This document shows positions 19,574 to 29,496 of a DNA stretch of 64,000 nt, piece after piece; within the stretch, counting starts at the first letter, position 1; each line of letters starts with the position of its first letter. The position numbers and the translations under genes are program-made. Under the pieces are notes generated by a model that was not told the origin of the DNA, did not search any database, and saw nothing but the letters and a program-made list of their open reading frames with translations. The DNA comes from Candidatus Bathyarchaeota archaeon (lineage in GTDB: Archaea; Thermoproteota; Bathyarchaeia; Bathyarchaeales; Bathycorpusculaceae): positions 992,001 to 1,056,000 of the forward strand of contig OY970340.1 in the NCBI GenBank assembly GCA_963717465.1, written 5' to 3'.

Positions 19574-19676
19574 TTCACTACCATTATTAAGGTGCTTGCA
19601 CTGGCTCAAAATGTTTTGCGGAATCAGGTTTCTTAAAAAGCTATATTAATCATTTTAACTGATTTTATTGTGGTGA

Positions 19677-19997
<321 letters not shown>

Positions 19998-20247
19998 AAT
20001 ATCTAAAAATTTTTTTCCCTTTCTATTTTTCCAGAACATTTTTCGGCATCTTAATCATTAAAAAGCAGAATTTTTGTTTTTGGGCAAAGCCAACTTAGAT
20101 GCAACTTTCAGTAAGTTAAAATTTTCTCAGCACTTCTTTTTTTAAAAAAAGAAATTAGGATTTAGACACTTAGTGGCGGCTAGTGTTTGCTCTTGATTTA
20201 TTATTTTTTTTCAAGTGTTTGTTCAAACACTTAAGCCCAAAAGTCAC

Positions 20248-22008
20248 TTATGCCCCAAAGTGTTTCTTTCCGCCTTCTATTTTGACTGAATCGTCATCCC
20301 AGTAGTTAGCTCCAGGAGTGGAAACCACCATCCCTGTGCCGCCGGGGGGATAATTCCAGTCTACTGCATCTTTTGGGCATATATGGAAACAAGTACCACA
20401 TTCCATGCAAGTTTCGAGTCTGGCAACAACAGCTTTTCCCTTTGCATCGTCCATATCGAACACTCCGCCCATGCAGTACCTGTAGCATTTGCCGCAGCCG
20501 TCGCACTTGGACTCGTCTATCCGTATGAAGTTTTCCTTCGTCGGAATGAAGGCAGTGCACGACTTTATCTTATCCGACAGGTTTTTGCCAGCCCATTCCT
20601 TTTCCGTCTCAGAAACATCTACACTACATTTTGGGAATACACCAGAATTTGCAGGTTTAAAATTCGGCACCATGCTCCATACATTGGCGAGAGCTGGGAC
20701 AATAACTCCCTCCATAAGTTTAGAAATGTTTTCTTTTTGCCCACGTGTTTGTGAAGCTGCAGGACACATGCCTGGAACTATTCTTGGGATTTTTCTTAGA
20801 AAAGGAGCCATTCCATCCTCAGTTCTCCATTTTCCATGAACCCATGGTTGGAGTGCGGCGTCAGCAACCCATACACGCTGTTTCCACCTGTCCTCGTACT
20901 CCTTCAGAACCGCTGCGGATACGTCTCCTTTTTCAATTGCTTTCTTTGCGACATCGGCAGCTATTATAGCGCAATCCCACGCAGGATATACGCCCATGCC
21001 TTGCCAACAAGTGCCTATACCAGCGTCTCCTACAACCAAAATTCCGTTTCCATAAGTTGGTCCATAACAACCCATATCTACAGTATCAGGGCATGCTTTG
21101 CAACTCATGGCTACAAGCTTGCCGTTGCTTACATAACTATTGTAAATCATGTGCTGCCCTATTCTAGCCAGCAAACCCCACGTGTTTGTGTGCATCCAGC
21201 AGTCACATTTGCCTCCTGGCTCAGCCATGCTGCCGGTACCTATTTTCAGGTAAGTTTTTCCGTCAGACTGTTTTAGGTAGTAAATCCACCCGTAACCATA
21301 GCCTACTTCGTGTGAATCTATGAGTTCAGTTTCCATAAAGTTGAAGGTACCTTGAACAGCAGGCGCCTCCTCTGGAGCAGCCGAACCCATTTCATACACA
21401 ACCTCTGCAGCAATCCACAAGTCCTTTGAATGAAACTTGGGTCTTAATCCTGCTTTTCTAGTGACAATAGAGTTGGTTCCGTCAGCAGCCACCGTTATTG
21501 ATGCTTCAATCTTTTCACCCTTGTCAGTTATTACTCCCTTCACTGTGGCACCGTCACGAATGATGTCAACCACTAAGGTTGAAGTCATCAGTTCGACTCC
21601 TCTTTTTACAACTATATCAGCAAACCATCTATCCCATTGATTACGATTAGAAACATAGACGCGCGCAGTAGGATCAGGGTCATCTGCGTCTCCTACTTCA
21701 AATGCATTAAAGTTGATAAATCCTCCATTCTTAAGAAGAGCTTTTTCAAAATAAACATGGAAACCGTCCATGTAAGCCATCAGCTTCTCCTTCGGCACTA
21801 AATCATCTATCTCAGGTAAAAGCGCTTCTGCATAATTCTGATTTTTACCGTTTACCGAGACGTTTTTTTCTCCAGGCCACCTTGTCCTTTCGATTAGCAA
21901 TGTTTTCAAGCCTAACATGGATGCTCTAAGAGCAGTACTAGCCCCAGCGACTCCTGCACCCACAACTATTACATCATATTTTTTATCCTTTGGCACATTC
22001 TCACCCAA
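20248..22008 (-). CDS. FixC/geranylgeranyl-reductase-family flavoprotein fused to C-terminal ferredoxin (FixX-like)
   Basis: VVGAGVAG, PGEKN, AADG, LVVGDAG; CDGCGKCYRYC and CMECGTCFHICP...WNYPPGGTG. Confidence 0.8.
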   Translation of the reverse strand: MGENVPKDKKYDVIVVGAGVAGASTALRASMLGLKTLLIERTRWPGEKNVSVNGKNQNYAEALLPEIDDLVPKEKLMAYMDGFHVYFEKALLKNGGFINFNAFEVGDADDPDPTARVYVSNRNQWDRWFADIVVKRGVELMTSTLVVDIIRDGATVKGVITDKGEKIEASITVAADGTNSIVTRKAGLRPKFHSKDLWIAAEVVYEMGSAAPEEAPAVQGTFNFMETELIDSHEVGYGYGWIYYLKQSDGKTYLKIGTGSMAEPGGKCDCWMHTNTWGLLARIGQHMIYNSYVSNGKLVAMSCKACPDTVDMGCYGPTYGNGILVVGDAGIGTCWQGMGVYPAWDCAIIAADVAKKAIEKGDVSAAVLKEYEDRWKQRVWVADAALQPWVHGKWRTEDGMAPFLRKIPRIVPGMCPAASQTRGQKENISKLMEGVIVPALANVWSMVPNFKPANSGVFPKCSVDVSETEKEWAGKNLSDKIKSCTAFIPTKENFIRIDESKCDGCGKCYRYCMGGVFDMDDAKGKAVVARLETCMECGTCFHICPKDAVDWNYPPGGTGMVVSTPGANYWDDDSVKIEGGKKHFGA

Positions 22009-22289
22009 ACATGGACTGGATTTGAGCTTATTTAAAAGCTTTAGCTAGAAATTGATTTTACAAGTCCCCTGTGCAAACTAGCAACTTCTTAAGTTGAATC
22101 GATTCAAGCATTGTTATTAATACAAATAAGTTGCCGTTGACAAACCTAAAAGAATAAAAAATCAGGAATCGATGATGTTAAACAATCCCCGATTAGAGAG
22201 CATTTAATTAATTTGCGAAATTCGACTAGCCATCATTAGTTGGGCATCAGTTTTTAGTTTTGAAGAAAAAGAGTGGTTGAGATTTGTTT

Positions 22290-22907
22290 TTATTTTGTTA
22301 CAAGGCTCAGTGTCTTGTTGACTGCGTTCCAGTTGACTATGTTCCAGAAAGCTTCAATGAATTTTGGTCGTTCGTTTTTGTAGTCAAGGTAGTATGCGTG
22401 TTCCCAAACGTCAAGAACCATCAAGATCTGGAAAGTCGGATAAACATTCACGTTGTGTTTTTCTATCTGCATAATGAATGGTTTCTTGATGCATGGATGA
22501 ATGGTTAATGCAGCCCAGCCTGATCCTTCTGTGCTGGCAGCGGCTTGTGTGAATTCTTTTTTGAATCTGTCGAAGCTTCCGAATTCTTTATCGATTAATT
22601 CAGCGATGGCTCCGCTGGGTTTTCCTCCTCCGCCTTTTCCGGCTGGAGCAAGATTGTCCCAGAATATTGTATGTAGAATGTGTCCGCCGACGTTGAATGA
22701 TAATTCCTTCATTAGTGCTTTTATGTCTATTTCTGCGTTTTCTTTTCTTGCTTTGTCAAGTTTTTCAAGGATAGCGTTAGCGCCGTTTACGTATGTTTGA
22801 TGATGCTTATCATGATGCAGTGTTAGTTGTTGCTCTGAAATGTACGGTGCGAGTGCATTATACTCGTAGGGTAATTTTGGCAGAGAATATACTTTTGCTG
22901 TCTCCAT
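22290..22907 (-). CDS. sod: Fe/Mn superoxide dismutase
   Basis: [24 protein letters not shown] motifs. Confidence 0.97.
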   Translation of the reverse strand: METAKVYSLPKLPYEYNALAPYISEQQLTLHHDKHHQTYVNGANAILEKLDKARKENAEIDIKALMKELSFNVGGHILHTIFWDNLAPAGKGGGGKPSGAIAELIDKEFGSFDRFKKEFTQAAASTEGSGWAALTIHPCIKKPFIMQIEKHNVNVYPTFQILMVLDVWEHAYYLDYKNERPKFIEAFWNIVNWNAVNKTLSLVTK

Positions 22908-22961
22908 TTTAATTCACCAAAAACAACTATTTCAGAAGCAATTTTCAATTAATATACTTTG

Positions 22962-23011
22962 TCTTTTGCAGGTTAACGCTTTGTTGCTATTATCTTTTTC
23001 AGGTTAACGCT
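22962..23011. promoter_or_regulatory. Two 19-bp near-identical direct repeats TCTTTT(G/T)CAGGTTAACGCT in the sod/rubrerythrin divergent promoter region
   Basis: Copies at 22962-22980 and 22993-23011, 31-bp period; inverted half-site TAACCTG at 23033-23039. Confidence 0.55.
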
Positions 23012-23071
23012 GATTAGCTAGCTACTTATTACTAACCTGCTGAATAGTTCTATATGTGAGAGTGAATAAAA

Positions 23072-23575
23072 ATGGCAAAAACTATGGATAATTTGAAGGC
23101 TGCTTTTGCCGGCGAATCTCAAGCAAACAGGATGTACTTAGCTTTCGCTAAGAAGGCTGAGGAAGAAGGGTTCAAGCAAGTTGCTAAACTTTTTAGAGCT
23201 GCAGCTGAAGCTGAAACTGTGCACGCTTTAAACCATCTGAGAACAACTGGACAAGTAAAATCAACCCTTGAAAACTTAGGCACTGCCGTGTCGGGCGAAA
23301 CCTACGAGTTCAAAAAAATGTATCCTGAGTTCATCGAGGAAGCAAAGAAAGAAGGAGACAAAAAAGCACTAATTAGTTTTGATTACGCAAACCAGGTTGA
23401 GCAAATCCACGCTGGCTTATACCAGAAAGCTCTTGATGCTTTAAAGAACAAGAAAGAACCTGCCAAAGTTGACTATTACGTATGTAGCGTCTGCGGAAAC
23501 ACATTTGAAGGCTCAGCACCTGACAAGTGCCCAATCTGCGGTACACCCAAAGAAAAATTCACCAAAATTGCCTAA
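23072..23575 (+). CDS. rbr: Rubrerythrin
   Basis: AFAGESQA, ETVHA, ETYE, EQIH diiron ligands; CSVC...CPIC. Confidence 0.95.
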   Translation: MAKTMDNLKAAFAGESQANRMYLAFAKKAEEEGFKQVAKLFRAAAEAETVHALNHLRTTGQVKSTLENLGTAVSGETYEFKKMYPEFIEEAKKEGDKKALISFDYANQVEQIHAGLYQKALDALKNKKEPAKVDYYVCSVCGNTFEGSAPDKCPICGTPKEKFTKIA

Positions 23576-23665
23576 AAGCAATCAGTGAATACTCGGAAAA
23601 TACCAGAATAATTAATTTTCTTTTTTTATTTTGCGTTTTCTTTTTTTGATTTTTTTTTGTGCTTG

Positions 23666-24392
23666 TTAATTCTTCATGAAGTCGGTTAGTTTGAGGTTTT
23701 CTGAGGGAAGTTCAGCTGAGCCTAGCATGAAGTGTGGATGTTTTTCTAGCGATAGTTCGTTGGTGTATAGAGTTTTTTGGAAATACAGTACGGTTGAGGC
23801 TTTTTGGCAGGTGGCTTCTTTGAGTAACGTTTCGCGTTTGCTGTCTTGATGTCGTGAATAAGTGGCTATTATGATGATTTGGCGTTCTTTGGCGAAGCTT
23901 GCAAGGTAGCGTGTTATTTGATTGTAAATGCTCTGTGCTTCATCATCGGGAATGTCTTCATCGAGGAATAACTGCAGGATATCCGAGATGATTACGATTT
24001 TAGCATTATATTTGGTGATGGTTTCGCTTAGTTTATCCATTATAAGTGAAGTTAACTGGTAGGCCGTGAAGGCCCTTGAAATATAGATGCGGTCCAGTGT
24101 CTTCTTTGGGTCCATCTGGTGCACTTGGGCTAAACGGGTTACTTGGTAGAGCTTAAAATTGTTTCCCCCGTCTATGAATACAACATTGCTTCCTAAACCG
24201 CCAAGCTGTACAGGTAATTGTGCCCGTATGCAGAGTAGTGAAATTAATGAGTCTACTGATTGGGACCCGTAAAGAACAGCGAAGTCGCCAGGCTGCAAAA
24301 CCTGGGAAAAGCTCGTCGACACCCTGCATATTTAATGAAAACAAAGTTTTGTTTACGTTTACATTCGGCTTTAATAGTATGTTCTGAGTCAA
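23666..24392 (-). CDS. RadA/Rad51-like protein with degenerate Walker A; frameshifted near 24295
   Basis: Joined frames read GVDELFPGF/PGDFAVLYG; QLPVQLGGLGSNVVFIDGGNNF, IYISRAFTAYQL. Confidence 0.8.
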
Positions 24393-24566
24393 CTTGTTTC
24401 TTCTCCTATCCTATTGAAGAAAATGTTACGCTGTTTAATGCCTTTTAAACTATCATTAAAGCGACAGGTGAAAGCAGAAGAGAGTGCGGTTAAAGTGAAT
24501 TAAAATTTAATCAAACCAGCCCAAACCAGCCCAGCGATTTCAGGGTTTTTTTGTTCGATTGTTAAA

Positions 24567-25616
24567 ATGAAAGTTCTTAATAATATATGGAATTATTATT
24601 ATATTATGAGTAGATTTGTTGATTATGCTAAACTTGTTAGACCGTATGGTTTGCTGTTTTTAGGTTTCACTCCTTTTTTCGGAGCAGTTTGCAATGGAGA
24701 AAAAGATTTCTTTAGTCTGTTTTTATTGGTTTTAATCGGCGTTTCGATCCACATATTTACTTTTGTGCAGAATGATTATTTTGATTTAGAAATCGATAGA
24801 AAATCACCACACGTTCTTGATAGACCTCTTGTAACTGGCAGGATAAAAATGAAAACGGCTTTGTCCATGGTGATTATAGCATTTTTATTCTCTATCATTA
24901 TCAATTTGTTGTTTTTATTTACTGTTCTGTCTTTTTCGATGCTATTGCTCTCTTTCCTTTTAATAACACTTTATAACAAGTATAGTAAGCGTTATTTCGG
25001 CATGGAATATGTTCTTGCGGCAGGTGTTTTTACAACCGGTTTATTTGGCGCTTACAGCGTTTCAACTGATATATCTAGTTTGGCAATCATAGTGTGCCTT
25101 GTTTGTATGATGCAATGGATTTTTAGTGTCGGCGTTTTTGCAAATCTGAAAGACGTAAAATACGATGTTAAAATGGGCGTCAAGACTACGCCAACGGTTC
25201 TCGGTGTAAAAGTAGTAAATGAGGATTTCAGTATGCCTTCATTATTTGTTGGCTATGCTTTTTTTATTAAAATCCTCCACATATTCATTGCTTTTCTTCC
25301 TATTTTACTGGGATATACTGCGGTGTTTATTTTCGATTTGCCGATACCGTTTTTGTTTTTCGTCTTGCTTTCAGCAGCAGTTTTATATCTTGTTGCAAAA
25401 ATCTTATCAACGCCGCTGTCCAAAAGAGACAGAATGCTTGTTTATGATGGAGTCCAGGAAGGACTATCTTTTTTGTTAATTCCAGTGGTTATCATGAGCT
25501 TTCTGATTGAGAATATAGGTGTAGTCGCAACGGTTTTAATAATAATTTTGATGATTGTATGGCCTATATTATCCTTAAGATTAGTTTTTGGTAAAAAATT
25601 AATCCCACTAGAATAG
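24567..25616 (+). CDS. UbiA-family prenyltransferase (second copy, AT-rich; likely start 24606)
   Basis: LVRP, NDYFDLEIDR..RPLVTG, KDVKYD...TTP motifs; many TM segments. Confidence 0.85.
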   Translation: MKVLNNIWNYYYIMSRFVDYAKLVRPYGLLFLGFTPFFGAVCNGEKDFFSLFLLVLIGVSIHIFTFVQNDYFDLEIDRKSPHVLDRPLVTGRIKMKTALSMVIIAFLFSIIINLLFLFTVLSFSMLLLSFLLITLYNKYSKRYFGMEYVLAAGVFTTGLFGAYSVSTDISSLAIIVCLVCMMQWIFSVGVFANLKDVKYDVKMGVKTTPTVLGVKVVNEDFSMPSLFVGYAFFIKILHIFIAFLPILLGYTAVFIFDLPIPFLFFVLLSAAVLYLVAKILSTPLSKRDRMLVYDGVQEGLSFLLIPVVIMSFLIENIGVVATVLIIILMIVWPILSLRLVFGKKLIPLE

Positions 25617-25683
25617 AGCAGATCTAAAATCCGACAGCAATTTTAAAAAAGTAAAAAGGGAAAAAGGCTCGATTATGCAACCA

Positions 25684-25884
25684 CTAAGAGCCATCTTGCT
25701 TAAGATACTTAGCTAACAGTAACGCTTCTTCGCTAATCAACATCTCAAACTCTTGTCTCTTTCCATGCCTAATTCTTGGTATCTCCACATATTCATCAAA
25801 CAGCCTATCCAATGCAACCATGAAATTCTTAGTTTCCGTATCACTAAGGTACTCTCTTTTCCCAATTTTACCCTTGACAAGCAC
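25684..25884 (-). pseudogene. cas1: C-terminal fragment of a solo Cas1 (casposase-like) gene
   Basis: GKREYLSDTETK...VEIPRIRHGKRQEFEMLISEEALLLAKYL matches my recollection of archaeal solo-Cas1 C-termini; in-frame stop at 25897-25899 upstream; no CRISPR array or other cas genes in window. Confidence 0.72.
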
Positions 25885-26028
25885 GTTAACGTCAAGTTAA
25901 GCTTACTCACGCTTACTATGGTAAATAAAGTGTTCTCCCTTAGTCATGGCTTCAAGTTTAGCTAATCTTTAAAGCTAAACTCTTTACTCAGAAGCCGCCT
26001 GTCTGATACAACATGAAACTTTGACTGG

Positions 26029-26841
26029 CTAGTGTGAATAAAGTTTTGCGTAAGGTCTACTTGATATTGGCAGAACCTTTTTGAATTTAGCTTTCAAGAT
26101 TTCGTTGGCGTCCATATTGAAATAACCGCAGTATTCCTTTACTAATTCTTCTATCATGCGGAGGTCGCGTTTGTTTACGTCTGAGATTTTTGTGCCGTTT
26201 TCTGTTGTGAGGATGTCGCCGCGTTCGTAGATTACTCCACCGTGCATTCCTGTTCCAACGAATCGTGCGTTGCAACGTTCGCCTTCTTTTAGGTTTAAGC
26301 CTAAGAGCAGTATAATGCCGCCTGCCATGTATTCAGCTAAGAAGTCTCCTGCTGTTTGGCCGATGATTATTTTTGGGATTTTCTTTTTGTATTCTTTCAT
26401 GTGTATGCCTACTCTGCAGCCGACGTAGTCTTTGACGAAAACTTTTCCGCCACGCATCGAATGCCCTGTTACGTCTCCTGCATGTCCATGAATGATTATT
26501 TTGCCTTCATCCATCGTATTACCGCAGCCATCTTGAGCACTACCATGAATAACCAACGTAGGTCCACTCATGAAAGCAGCCAAATCATTTCCAGGCGTCC
26601 CATGAACATCTATCTGCACCGTAGAATGCAAATCAGTTCCAAGATATCTTTGACCGATAACATTTTGGATATCAATCTTCTCCACACTGTTTTCCTTTCC
26701 ATTCACGAGGGCTCGTAAGATTTGGTTTAAGTCTTTATAGTGCAAGCCGTCAGCGTCAATTTTTGCCATTTTTGCCTCTTTTTTCACCCTTGAAGTGAAC
26801 TTTGAATTGATTTCTATTGTTGATTTTTCTTGTTCAATCAT
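26029..26841 (-). CDS. Glutamate synthase GXGXG-domain subunit (archaeal GltB3-like)
   Basis: GQRYLG, GTPGNDLAAFM, repeated GNTM/GHSMRGG/EYMAGG. Confidence 0.88.
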   Translation of the reverse strand: MIEQEKSTIEINSKFTSRVKKEAKMAKIDADGLHYKDLNQILRALVNGKENSVEKIDIQNVIGQRYLGTDLHSTVQIDVHGTPGNDLAAFMSGPTLVIHGSAQDGCGNTMDEGKIIIHGHAGDVTGHSMRGGKVFVKDYVGCRVGIHMKEYKKKIPKIIIGQTAGDFLAEYMAGGIILLLGLNLKEGERCNARFVGTGMHGGVIYERGDILTTENGTKISDVNKRDLRMIEELVKEYCGYFNMDANEILKAKFKKVLPISSRPYAKLYSH

Positions 26842-26848
26842 ACTCTTC

Positions 26849-28360
26849 TTAGTCTCCTGCCATTTTTACCCCAAGAATATCAAGCTCAGTCTGTGTTAAT
26901 CCTACGCCTCTTAACGCTAATCTGTTGCCTCGTAAGCTTTCAATAGCGTTTATACCCATTCCACCCATCATGTCTTTAATCTCTATGCTCCAACTGATCA
27001 ACAAATTCATTAAGCGCTTTGAAGCTATGTCCGGGTTGATTCTTTTGCTGATCCACGGATCCGTTGTAGTTATACCCCAGGGGCACTTGCCAGTGTAGCA
27101 GCGTTGACAAACTGTGCATCCTATCGCAACCAAAGCGGCAGTTCCAATGTACACTGCGTCAGCGCCAAGTGCGATTGCTTTTGCCACATCTGAACTGCTC
27201 TTTATGCCGCCTGCAGCAACAATTGATGCTTTATTTCTTATGCCTTCATCCCTAAGACGCTGATCAACCTGTGCGATTGCCAACTCGATAGGTATGCCTA
27301 CATTGTCTCTGATGACTTTTGGCGCTGCCCCTGTTGACCCTCTGATGCCATCCAACGCTATTATGTCAGCTCCAGCCCGCACCATTCCGCTTGCAATCGC
27401 TGAAGCATTGTGAACCGCTGCAATCTTGACTGAGATCGGCTTTGTATAGTTTGTTGCTTCTTTAAGCGCGTAAATCAACTGCCGCAGATCTTCAATTGAG
27501 TATATGTCATGTTGAGGATAAGGTGAAAGCGCATCTGTACCCGTTGGAATCATCCGGGTTTTAGCGACTTCACTCGTGACTTTTTCGCCTGGAAGGTGAC
27601 CGCCGATGCCTGGTTTTGCACCCTGCCCAATCTTAATTTCAACTGCCGCACCAGCATGCAGGTATTGGGGGTGTACGCCGAATCGGCCAGATGCAACTTG
27701 GACGATTGCGTGAGCGCCGTACTTGTATAAGCTTTGGTCCAAGCCGCCTTCGCCCGTGTTAAAGTAAGTTCCGCATTCTGTAGCAGCTCTCGCCAGGGAC
27801 TCATGCACGTTTAGGCTTACTGCTCCGTACGACATGGCGCTGAACATGATCGGGGTGTCAAGGCATAACTGCGGCGAAAGCTCAGTTTTTATTATGGCAC
27901 CGTTTTTTTCCAGTTCTATTTTTAGCTGGTCTGGTTTTGCGCCAAGGTACGTTCTAATCTCCATCGGTTCCCGTAAGGGGTCAATGGATGGGTTAGTTAC
28001 TTGGCTAGCATTAAGAACCAGGCGGTCCCAGTAAGTGAAGTTTGGTTTGTCGCATCCCATGCCTGTCAAGATTACTGCACCGGTTTCAGCCTGTTTTTTC
28101 AGGTCTCGAATGGCTTCAGTGGTCCAATTGCTGTTTTCCTTGATGTTGTTCTGGTTCTTCCTAATCGTGATTGCATGTGTGGGACAGAAGATGACGCATC
28201 GCTGGCAATTAACACAATTCTCATCTTTACTGCAAACGGTATCATCTTCCGCATCGTAATAGTGAGTATCGTAAGTGCATTGGTTAATGCAAACTTTGCA
28301 GCGGATACATCGGTTCTGGTCTCTATCAACTAGATATTCAGGGTTCACGTACGTCTTCAA
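26849..28360 (-). CDS. Glutamate synthase FMN-binding subunit with N-terminal 4Fe-4S domain (GltB2-like)
   Basis: AMSYGA, NTGEGG, QVASGRFGV, EIKIGQGAKPGIGGHLPGEKV; CTVCQRCYTGKCPWGI. Confidence 0.94.
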   Translation of the reverse strand: MKTYVNPEYLVDRDQNRCIRCKVCINQCTYDTHYYDAEDDTVCSKDENCVNCQRCVIFCPTHAITIRKNQNNIKENSNWTTEAIRDLKKQAETGAVILTGMGCDKPNFTYWDRLVLNASQVTNPSIDPLREPMEIRTYLGAKPDQLKIELEKNGAIIKTELSPQLCLDTPIMFSAMSYGAVSLNVHESLARAATECGTYFNTGEGGLDQSLYKYGAHAIVQVASGRFGVHPQYLHAGAAVEIKIGQGAKPGIGGHLPGEKVTSEVAKTRMIPTGTDALSPYPQHDIYSIEDLRQLIYALKEATNYTKPISVKIAAVHNASAIASGMVRAGADIIALDGIRGSTGAAPKVIRDNVGIPIELAIAQVDQRLRDEGIRNKASIVAAGGIKSSSDVAKAIALGADAVYIGTAALVAIGCTVCQRCYTGKCPWGITTTDPWISKRINPDIASKRLMNLLISWSIEIKDMMGGMGINAIESLRGNRLALRGVGLTQTELDILGVKMAGD

Positions 28361-29496
28361 TGTAATTCACCGCCAGATCCTTCATTCTTTTTCTTTCCGT
28401 TTCTTAATTTGCCAATCACTGGTTCGCCTCCTCTTGGACACCAGTACTTATCCAAGTCTGGAGAAACCAGTCGAATCGCCGACTCCTCAGATGACAAGTA
28501 CAAGACATCTCCACGCTGACCAGCCACGAGGGGTCGAAGTTTAATTCGGTCGGTTAAACCTATCATTTCGCCTTCATGCGCAATAATAATGCTGAACGGG
28601 CCATTCATCAGCAAGCTTCCGTAAGTTTGACGAAGCGCCCTTAGCAGCTCTGCCTTTTTTGGCTCCATCTTGTCTATTTCACTCCACAAAGGCGAAGCAA
28701 AAATTTGACTCACAATGTCAATTGGCAAATGTTGTCTTCGCATGAGCAAGTCAAGCGCATACGCTAAGACCTCCGTATCTGTTTGCATAGTGCATTTGTA
28801 ACCGAACATTTCCAAATAGCGACGGTTGATGCCGTATGATGAGAGTTCGCCATTGTGCACCACTGTCCAATCTAAAATATTGAATGGGTGTGCTCCTCCC
28901 CACCAACCTGGAGTGTTCGTTGGGAACCTGCCGTGGCAAGTCCAGAGATAACCTTCATACTCATCTAAACAGTAAAACTCTGCAACATCTTCCGGAAAGC
29001 CTACCCCTTTAAAGACGCCCATGTTTTTACCACTGGAGAACACGAATGCTTTTCCAGTTTCAGTGTTAACATGCATGATTGCTTCTATCACGTAGTCTTC
29101 TACTGATTGGTTTTCAGGCCGATTCTTGCTGGGTTGAACAAAGTACCGCCAAACTAACGGTGGATCACGCACGTTAGCTGCGGGTCTTGTTTGCATTTCC
29201 TCGTCATGAATAATGTCAAATTTTGAGGCAAGAATCTTATCAGTTTTCTCTTTTGCGTCCTTGCTTAGGTACATGATATGAAAGGCATAATCATCTTTAT
29301 GCTTCGGGTATATACCGTAGATTGCGAAGCCGCCGCCTAAACCGTTACCTCTCTCATGCATGTTAGTTATAGCTCTTATTGGATCGTGAGATGAGAAGCG
29401 TTTGCCCTCCAAATTCATCATGCCAAAGATAGAGCAGCCTGAAAAATCCTTGTCATCGCCAAAAGGATTGATTATTCTTCTATCCTGTCTATCCAT
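28357..29496 (-). CDS. Glutamate synthase class-II glutamine amidotransferase subunit (GltB1-like)
   Basis: Cys after short propeptide (GCSIFG), HERGNGLGGG, HGRFPTNT, VHNGE, TDTEV, DRIKLRP. Confidence 0.92.
   Translation of the reverse strand: MDRQDRRIINPFGDDKDFSGCSIFGMMNLEGKRFSSHDPIRAITNMHERGNGLGGGFAIYGIYPKHKDDYAFHIMYLSKDAKEKTDKILASKFDIIHDEEMQTRPAANVRDPPLVWRYFVQPSKNRPENQSVEDYVIEAIMHVNTETGKAFVFSSGKNMGVFKGVGFPEDVAEFYCLDEYEGYLWTCHGRFPTNTPGWWGGAHPFNILDWTVVHNGELSSYGINRRYLEMFGYKCTMQTDTEVLAYALDLLMRRQHLPIDIVSQIFASPLWSEIDKMEPKKAELLRALRQTYGSLLMNGPFSIIIAHEGEMIGLTDRIKLRPLVAGQRGDVLYLSSEESAIRLVSPDLDKYWCPRGGEPVIGKLRNGKKKNEGSGGELH

Noticed and set aside
20164..20232. Palindrome AAGTGTTTG-TT-CAAACACTT and related ACACT/AGTGT motifs
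   Set aside because: Lies between convergent gene ends among T-tracts; most simply a terminator-region hairpin
23666..26023. Intact casposon
   Set aside because: No PolB, no full-length Cas1, and no terminal inverted repeats or target-site duplication could be identified
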